NCBI RefSeq assembly: GCF_011045215.1
Contig: NZ_CP049201.1
From: Escherichia coli
GTDB lineage: Bacteria; Pseudomonadota; Gammaproteobacteria; Enterobacterales; Enterobacteriaceae
Strand: one strand, 5' to 3'
DNA: 64,000 bases
The number at the start of each line of letters is the position of its first letter. Position 1 is the first letter of the stretch. Made by a program: the position numbers and the translations under genes. Below the pieces are notes generated by a model, which ran no database searches, had not been told where the DNA came from, and saw only the letters and a program-made list of their open reading frames with translations. Positions 58,022 to 64,000 of the stretch are shown here, in pieces.

Positions 58022-58963
58022 ATGGAAAAGAGAAAAATTATTCTGGATTGTGATCCGGGTCATGATGATGCTATTGCAATGATGATGGCAGCGAAACATC
58101 CGGCAATAGATTTATTAGGCATCACTATTGTAGCGGGTAATCAGACGCTTGATAAAACATTAATTAATGGCCTGAATGTTTGCCAGAAACTGGAGATTAA
58201 TGTTCCGGTTTATGCGGGGATGCCGCAGCCCATTATGCGTCAACAAATCGTTGCCGATAATATTCACGGTGAAACCGGACTGGATGGCCCGGTATTCGAG
58301 CCGCTGACCCGCCAGGCAGAAAGCACTCATGCGGTGAAATACATCATTGATACCCTGATGGCAAGCGATGGCGATATCACTCTGGTGCCGGTTGGTCCGC
58401 TTTCAAATATCGCGGTGGCAATGCGTATGCAACCCGCGATCCTGCCCAAAATCCGTGAAATTGTGCTAATGGGCGGCGCTTACGGTACAGGCAACTTCAC
58501 GCCATCTGCCGAGTTCAACATCTTTGCTGACCCGGAAGCCGCACGCGTGGTGTTCACCTCTGGCGTTCCATTAGTGATGATGGGCCTCGATCTTACCAAC
58601 CAGACCGTTTGCACCCCGGACGTAATTGCTCGGATGGAAAGGGCAGGCGGCCCTGCCGGAGAGCTGTTCAGCGACATCATGAACTTCACTCTCAAAACGC
58701 AGTTCGAAAACTACGGCCTGGCTGGCGGCCCGGTGCACGACGCCACCTGCATCGGTTATCTGATTAACCCTGATGGCATTAAAACCCAGGAGATGTACGT
58801 CGAAGTGGACGTCAACAGTGGCCCTTGTTATGGGCGTACCGTCTGCGACGAGCTGGGCGTTCTTGGCAAGCCCGCTAATACCAAAGTCGGCATCACTATT
58901 GATACCGACTGGTTCTGGGGCTTAGTCGAAGAGTGCGTGCGCGGCTACATCAAAACCCATTAA
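58022..58963 (+). CDS. rihB: pyrimidine-specific ribonucleoside hydrolase RihB (YeiK)
   Basis: 313-aa ORF with nucleoside hydrolase N-terminal DCDPGHDD motif. Confidence 0.93.
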   Translation: MEKRKIILDCDPGHDDAIAMMMAAKHPAIDLLGITIVAGNQTLDKTLINGLNVCQKLEINVPVYAGMPQPIMRQQIVADNIHGETGLDGPVFEPLTRQAESTHAVKYIIDTLMASDGDITLVPVGPLSNIAVAMRMQPAILPKIREIVLMGGAYGTGNFTPSAEFNIFADPEAARVVFTSGVPLVMMGLDLTNQTVCTPDVIARMERAGGPAGELFSDIMNFTLKTQFENYGLAGGPVHDATCIGYLINPDGIKTQEMYVEVDVNSGPCYGRTVCDELGVLGKPANTKVGITIDTDWFWGLVEECVRGYIKTH

Positions 58964-59062
58964 GTGTTGATAACAAGCCGGGCCGGTATCGCAAGATGCA
59001 GGCCTGGCTATTTCTGATGGGCAGAAAGCCGTCGCCCAATATGACATGAAGAGATAATCACT

Positions 59063-60313
59063 ATGGATGTCATGAGAAGTGTTCTGGGAATGGTGGTATT
59101 GCTGACGATTGCGTTTTTACTGTCAGTAAACAAGAAGAAGATCAGCCTGCGTACCGTTGGCGCGGCGTTAGTGTTACAGGTCGTGATTGGCGGCATTATG
59201 CTTTGGTTACCGCCAGGGCGTTGGGTCGCTGAAAAAGTCGCTTTTGGCGTGCATAAAGTGATGGCGTACAGCGACGCGGGTAGCGCATTTATCTTCGGTT
59301 CTCTGGTCGGACCGAAAATGGACACCTTATTTGATGGCGCAGGATTTATCTTTGGTTTCAGAGTATTACCGGCAATTATCTTCGTCACCGCGCTGGTGAG
59401 TATTCTCTATTACATCGGTGTGATGGGGATCTTAATTCGCATTCTCGGCGGTATCTTCCAGAAAGCATTAAATATCAGCAAGATCGAGTCATTCGTCGCG
59501 GTCACTACCATTTTCCTCGGGCAAAACGAAATTCCGGCAATCGTCAAACCCTTTATCGATCGGCTGAATCGCAATGAATTATTTACAGCGATTTGTAGTG
59601 GCATGGCCTCAATTGCCGGTTCGACAATGATTGGTTACGCCGCACTGGGCGTACCTGTGGAATATTTGCTGGCGGCATCGTTAATGGCGATCCCAGGCGG
59701 GATCTTGTTTGCCCGCCTGTTAAGCCCGGCTACGGAATCTTCGCAGGTTTCTTTTAATAACCTCTCTTTCACCGAAACACCGCCAAAAAGCATTATTGAA
59801 GCCGCCGCGACAGGGGCAATGACCGGGCTGAAAATCGCTGCGGGTGTGGCAACAGTGGTGATGGCATTTGTTGCCATCATTGCGTTAATTAACGGTATTA
59901 TCGGCGGCGTTGGCGGCTGGTTTGGTTTTGAACATGCCTCGCTGGAGTCCATTTTAGGTTATCTGCTGGCCCCACTGGCGTGGGTAATGGGTGTTGACTG
60001 GACTGATGCGAATCTTGCCGGGAGTTTGATTGGACAGAAACTGGCAATAAATGAATTTGTCGCTTATCTCAATTTCTCACCCTATCTGCAAACGGCTGGC
60101 ACTCTGGATGCTAAAACCGTGGCGATTATTTCCTTCGCGTTGTGCGGTTTCGCTAACTTTGGTTCTATCGGGGTGGTGGTGGGGGCGTTTTCTGCGGTTG
60201 CGCCACACCGTGCGCCGGAAATCGCCCAGCTTGGTTTACGCGCGCTGGCGGCGGCGACACTTTCTAACCTGATGAGTGCCACCATTGCCGGGTTCTTTAT
60301 TGGTTTAGCGTAG
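59063..60313 (+). CDS. nupX: NupC-family nucleoside transporter NupX (YeiJ)
   Basis: 416-aa ORF, highly similar along its length to psuT. Confidence 0.9.
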   Translation: MDVMRSVLGMVVLLTIAFLLSVNKKKISLRTVGAALVLQVVIGGIMLWLPPGRWVAEKVAFGVHKVMAYSDAGSAFIFGSLVGPKMDTLFDGAGFIFGFRVLPAIIFVTALVSILYYIGVMGILIRILGGIFQKALNISKIESFVAVTTIFLGQNEIPAIVKPFIDRLNRNELFTAICSGMASIAGSTMIGYAALGVPVEYLLAASLMAIPGGILFARLLSPATESSQVSFNNLSFTETPPKSIIEAAATGAMTGLKIAAGVATVVMAFVAIIALINGIIGGVGGWFGFEHASLESILGYLLAPLAWVMGVDWTDANLAGSLIGQKLAINEFVAYLNFSPYLQTAGTLDAKTVAIISFALCGFANFGSIGVVVGAFSAVAPHRAPEIAQLGLRALAAATLSNLMSATIAGFFIGLA

Positions 60314-60368
60314 TGTGCGATTTATGAGCCGGATAAGATGCGGTCAAGCGTCGAATCCGGCAACATTG

Positions 60369-61457
60369 TTACACCATTGGCACTAATGAAAGCGCGTTAT
60401 CGGCAGACAGGGTAGGGTTGTTTAAGCTGCCGCTGGCGCGTGAAATTGCCGCGCAGGCCATCGCAAAACGGGCGCTGTCACGGAAATTGTTTCCTTCCAG
60501 AAAGCTATATACCAGGCCCGCCATAAAACCATCGTCAGCACCAAAACTGTCTACTGTCGTATGCGCTGGTGCGGTCAGCAAAAATTGTTCTCCATCCTTT
60601 TCGCTGCAATAAACTGACTCATCGGGCAAATAAACAAACAGTTGCTGAACACCTTGCTGATGCAACGCATTCACTGCAGCATTACGGTCAGCATCGCTGG
60701 TGATCGCCTGTCCCCATAAAATTTCCAGCTCCGGTAAAGTGGGTTTCAGGGTGTGAATATGCGCCAGCCAGTGTTTGATTTTGCCCGCTTTGAATTCTGA
60801 AACGGTATCGACAAACACCGGGATCTCACCAGCGAGGGTAAAGACCCATTCCAGCGCCTCGGCTGTCAGGTTGCAATCAGCCAGTACCACGCCCGCATGA
60901 CGAAGTAAATCGCGCGACCCGTTCAATAATTGCGGCGATAACTGTTCCAGCAGATGGGTATCGTTAATCGCCAACACGGTTTCATCGTCTCGATTGGCAA
61001 TTGCCAGATACGTCGATGTGCTTTGGCCATGTAAACGAACGCAGCCGGAGACATTCACGCCGGCGCGGCGCGTTTCTTCCAGGAGCATTTCGCCATAAAA
61101 GTCATCGCCAATCACTGAAAGCAAATGGACGTCACGGCCTAACAGCGCCAGATTGTGGGCGATGTTGCGTCCCACGCCGCCCGCTGAGCAATGAATTGTA
61201 CCGGGATGAGAAGCCGATTGCGGGTAACGGATATCCGCCATCCCGCGAATATCCATATTGATTGTCCCCACCACTACGCAGTATTCCTGCTCGGTGAGAA
61301 TGTAACCTTTGCCTTTAATCCGGCCTTTGCGCATTAAATCCATAATATGCGCCGCAACGCGCGAACGGCTGATTTGCAGCATGTCCGCAATTTCGTTCTG
61401 CTGAATCAGCGGGTTACGCCGTAAAATTGCAAGGATCTCCTTTTCCCGGTTATTCAT
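60369..61457 (-). CDS. yeiI: HTH-fused PfkB-family sugar/nucleoside kinase YeiI
   Basis: 362-aa ORF: N-terminal winged-HTH-like region (MNNREKEILAILRRNPLIQQNEIADMLQISRSRVAAHI…) fused to a ribokinase-like domain (…GGVGRNIAHNLALLG…). Confidence 0.88.
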   Translation of the reverse strand: MNNREKEILAILRRNPLIQQNEIADMLQISRSRVAAHIMDLMRKGRIKGKGYILTEQEYCVVVGTINMDIRGMADIRYPQSASHPGTIHCSAGGVGRNIAHNLALLGRDVHLLSVIGDDFYGEMLLEETRRAGVNVSGCVRLHGQSTSTYLAIANRDDETVLAINDTHLLEQLSPQLLNGSRDLLRHAGVVLADCNLTAEALEWVFTLAGEIPVFVDTVSEFKAGKIKHWLAHIHTLKPTLPELEILWGQAITSDADRNAAVNALHQQGVQQLFVYLPDESVYCSEKDGEQFLLTAPAHTTVDSFGADDGFMAGLVYSFLEGNNFRDSARFAMACAAISRASGSLNNPTLSADNALSLVPMV

Positions 61458-61459
61458 CT

Positions 61460-62317
61460 TCAGGCTACCGCTTTTTCAGTTTGTTGCGCTTTCAGCCAGG
61501 CGATCTCTTCTGCCCAGATATCCGGGTTGATGGTTTCGAGGATCAGCGGAATGCCGTCGAAACGGTCGTCCTGCATGATCCAGCGGAACGCATCATGACC
61601 GATATTGCCTTCACCGAGGCTATGATGGCGGTCAACGCGGCTGCCAAAGGTGCTTTTCGCATCGTTAAGGTGCATCCCGCGCAGATACTTAAAGCCGACA
61701 GTACGGGCAAAATCCGCGAATGTTTTCTCGCATTCGGCTGGAGTACGCAAATCATACCCGGCAGCGAAAGCATGGCAGGTATCAATGCAGACGCCGACGC
61801 GGGATTTATCTTCCACGCCGTCGATAATCGCCGCGAGATGTTCGAATTTAAACCCTAAGTTACTGCCCTGACCGGCGGTGTTTTCTATCACCGCTGTCAC
61901 ACCTTGAGTTTTATCCAGCGCAATGTTGATGGATTCGGCAATACGCGCAAGGCAATCCTCTTCTGAAATCTGCATCAGATGGCTGCCAGGGTGGAAGTTG
62001 AGCAAAGAAAGCCCCAGCTGTTCGCAACGCTGCATTTCATCTATAAAGGCATCGCGCGATTTTTCCAGAGCTTCAGTGACCGGATGTCCGAGGTTAATCA
62101 GATAACTGTCGTGGGGAAGAATTTGCGCCGATGTGTAGTGATATTTTTCACAGGCGGCTTTGAATTCATCGATGGTTTGCGTCGTGAGCGGTGCGGCACG
62201 CCACTGACGTTGGTTTTTGGTGAACAAGGCAAACGCGGTTGCGTCGATTTCGGCGGCGCGAATTGCGGCATTTGCCAGACCGCCAGCAGCACTAACGTGC
62301 GCTCCAATGTATTTCAT
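61460..62317 (-). CDS. nfo: endonuclease IV (AP endonuclease)
   Basis: 285-aa [42 protein letters not shown]…. Confidence 0.95.
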
Positions 62318-62390
62318 GCGAGGACTCCTGTTAAACCCGCTGGAGGAAAACGGTAATGATAGCGGGTTAACAGGAGCAAGATGTAGTGGT

Positions 62391-63440
62391 TTATGCGATG
62401 ACGCTTTGAATCACATAGTTAATCGCACCACCACCAACAATCAGCCAGGCAAACAGTACCAGTGCCATCAGCAGAGGTTTCGCCCCAGCTTTTTTCAGCG
62501 CGCTGACGTGAGTGGTCAGACCCAGCGCCGCCATCGCCATTGCCAGCAGGAAGGTATCCAGCGTTACCAGCATGTTCACCACGCTCTGCGGTAACAGGTG
62601 GAACGAGTTAAAGATGGCAACTACGATGAACAAGATGGCAAACCACGGAATAGTGATTTTGCTTTTCTCGCCGCTGTTCGCCCCAGACAGCTGTTTAACA
62701 CGCGCCGCCTGCAGGATGAGGAACGGAGCCAGCATCATCACGCGCAGCATTTTGGAAATAACTGCTGCGTTTTCCGCATCCGGGCTGATGGCATGACCTG
62801 CCGCCACCACCTGCGCCACTTCGTGCACAGTAGAACCAATGTAGATACCGAAAGTTTCCGGACTAAACCATTGAGACATCAGCGGATATATCGCCGGGTA
62901 GAGGAAAATCGCGACGGTCCCGAAGATAACAACGGTTGCAACAGCCACGGTTACTTTACTGGCTTCCGCTTTCACTACCGGCTCAGTCGCCAGTACCGCG
63001 GCAGCACCACAGATACTGCTACCGGCACCGATCAACCAGCTGGTGTGCTTATCCAGACCAAACACTTTCTGCCCCAGGAAGCAAGCCAGCAGGAAGGTAC
63101 TGGACAGCGTCAGCACGTCAATGATGATCCCACTGATACCGACATCGGCAATTTGCGAGAACGTCAGACGGAAGCCATAAAGAATGATACCCAGACGTAA
63201 TAAATATTGCTTGGCAAACAGCACACCACCGTCACAGCTTTTCCAGATGTGCGGATAGATGGTGTTGCCTAAAACCATCCCCAACAAGATTGCGAGGGTG
63301 AGGGCACTAAACCCGGCACCCGCAACCGCGGGAATGGAACCACCCCACAGGGCGACCCCGGTGATAACTGCACTCAGGGCTAACCCCGGAATAAAATGCC
63401 ACAGTGTACGATGTTGTTTCTGTAAGGTGATATTCGTCAT
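62391..63440 (-). CDS. yeiH: UPF0324 inner membrane protein YeiH
   Basis: 349-aa polytopic membrane ORF; divergent from the LysR-type gene yeiE. Confidence 0.88.
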
Positions 63441-63538
63441 AACCCTCTCCTTTAACCGGGCATAAGGTTACGACTAACTGGTTTAAAAATAAAATTGATT
63501 ATATATTTATAATTAATCTTTATAAGTGGTAAGCGACT

Positions 63539-64000
63539 ATGCACATCACCCTCCGGCAGTTGGAAGTTTTTGCAGAAGTATTGAAAAGTGGATCAACCAC
63601 CCAGGCGTCGGTGATGCTGGCGTTGTCGCAATCAGCAGTGAGCGCAGCCTTGACCGACCTGGAAGGGCAGCTTGGCGTGCAACTGTTTGATCGCGTGGGG
63701 AAAAGACTGGTTGTTAATGAACACGGGCGGCTGCTCTATCCGCGTGCGTTGGCATTGCTTGAACAGGCGGTTGAAATCGAACAACTGTTTCGCGAAGACA
63801 ACGGCGCGATTCGTATCTATGCTAGTAGTACCATCGGTAACTACATTCTGCCTGCAGTTATCGCCCGTTATCGCCATGATTATCCGCAGTTGCCGATTGA
63901 ACTTAGCGTTGGGAATAGCCAGGACGTGATGCAAGCGGTGCTGGATTTCCGCGTTGATATTGGCTTTATTGAAGGACCGTGCCACAGCACTGAAATCATT
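63539..64000 (+). CDS. yeiE: LysR-family transcriptional regulator YeiE, N-terminal part; runs off the window end
   Basis: ATG at 63539; [52 protein letters not shown]… LysR-type HTH. Confidence 0.85.

Overview
This window is ordinary Escherichia coli core chromosome, the rcsD–ompC–nap–ccm–yej–fru–psu–yeiE region (about 49–51 min on the K-12 map), presented in reverse orientation relative to the K-12 convention. I found no prophage, IS element, CRISPR array or foreign island, and no undescribed multi-gene system. Gene order, read from the ORF track and recognised protein sequences, is: rcsD' (partial), micF, ompC, apbE, ada-alkB, yojI, mqo, a REP/BIME cluster, eco, napFDAGHBC-ccmABCDEFGH, narP, yejO, tRNA-Pro, yejM, yejL, yejK, rplY, yejH/radD, rsuA, bcr, yejG, yejF-yejE'-yejB'-yejA, rtn/pdeN, mepS, lpxT, yeiR, yeiQ, yeiP, yeiW, setB, fruBKA, psuKGT, yeiL, rihB-nupX, yeiI, nfo, yeiH, yeiE' (partial). 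The strain is not K-12. The most notable observation is that yejB and yejE are fused by an apparent ~1 kb internal deletion, which should inactivate the YejABEF peptide/microcin C importer. Other points worth a look: yejO is an intact 863-aa autotransporter, ompC carries a divergent loop allele, and there are conserved non-coding motifs upstream of psuK and of the paralogous psuT/nupX transporters. All comparisons with K-12 are from memory, not from a database search.
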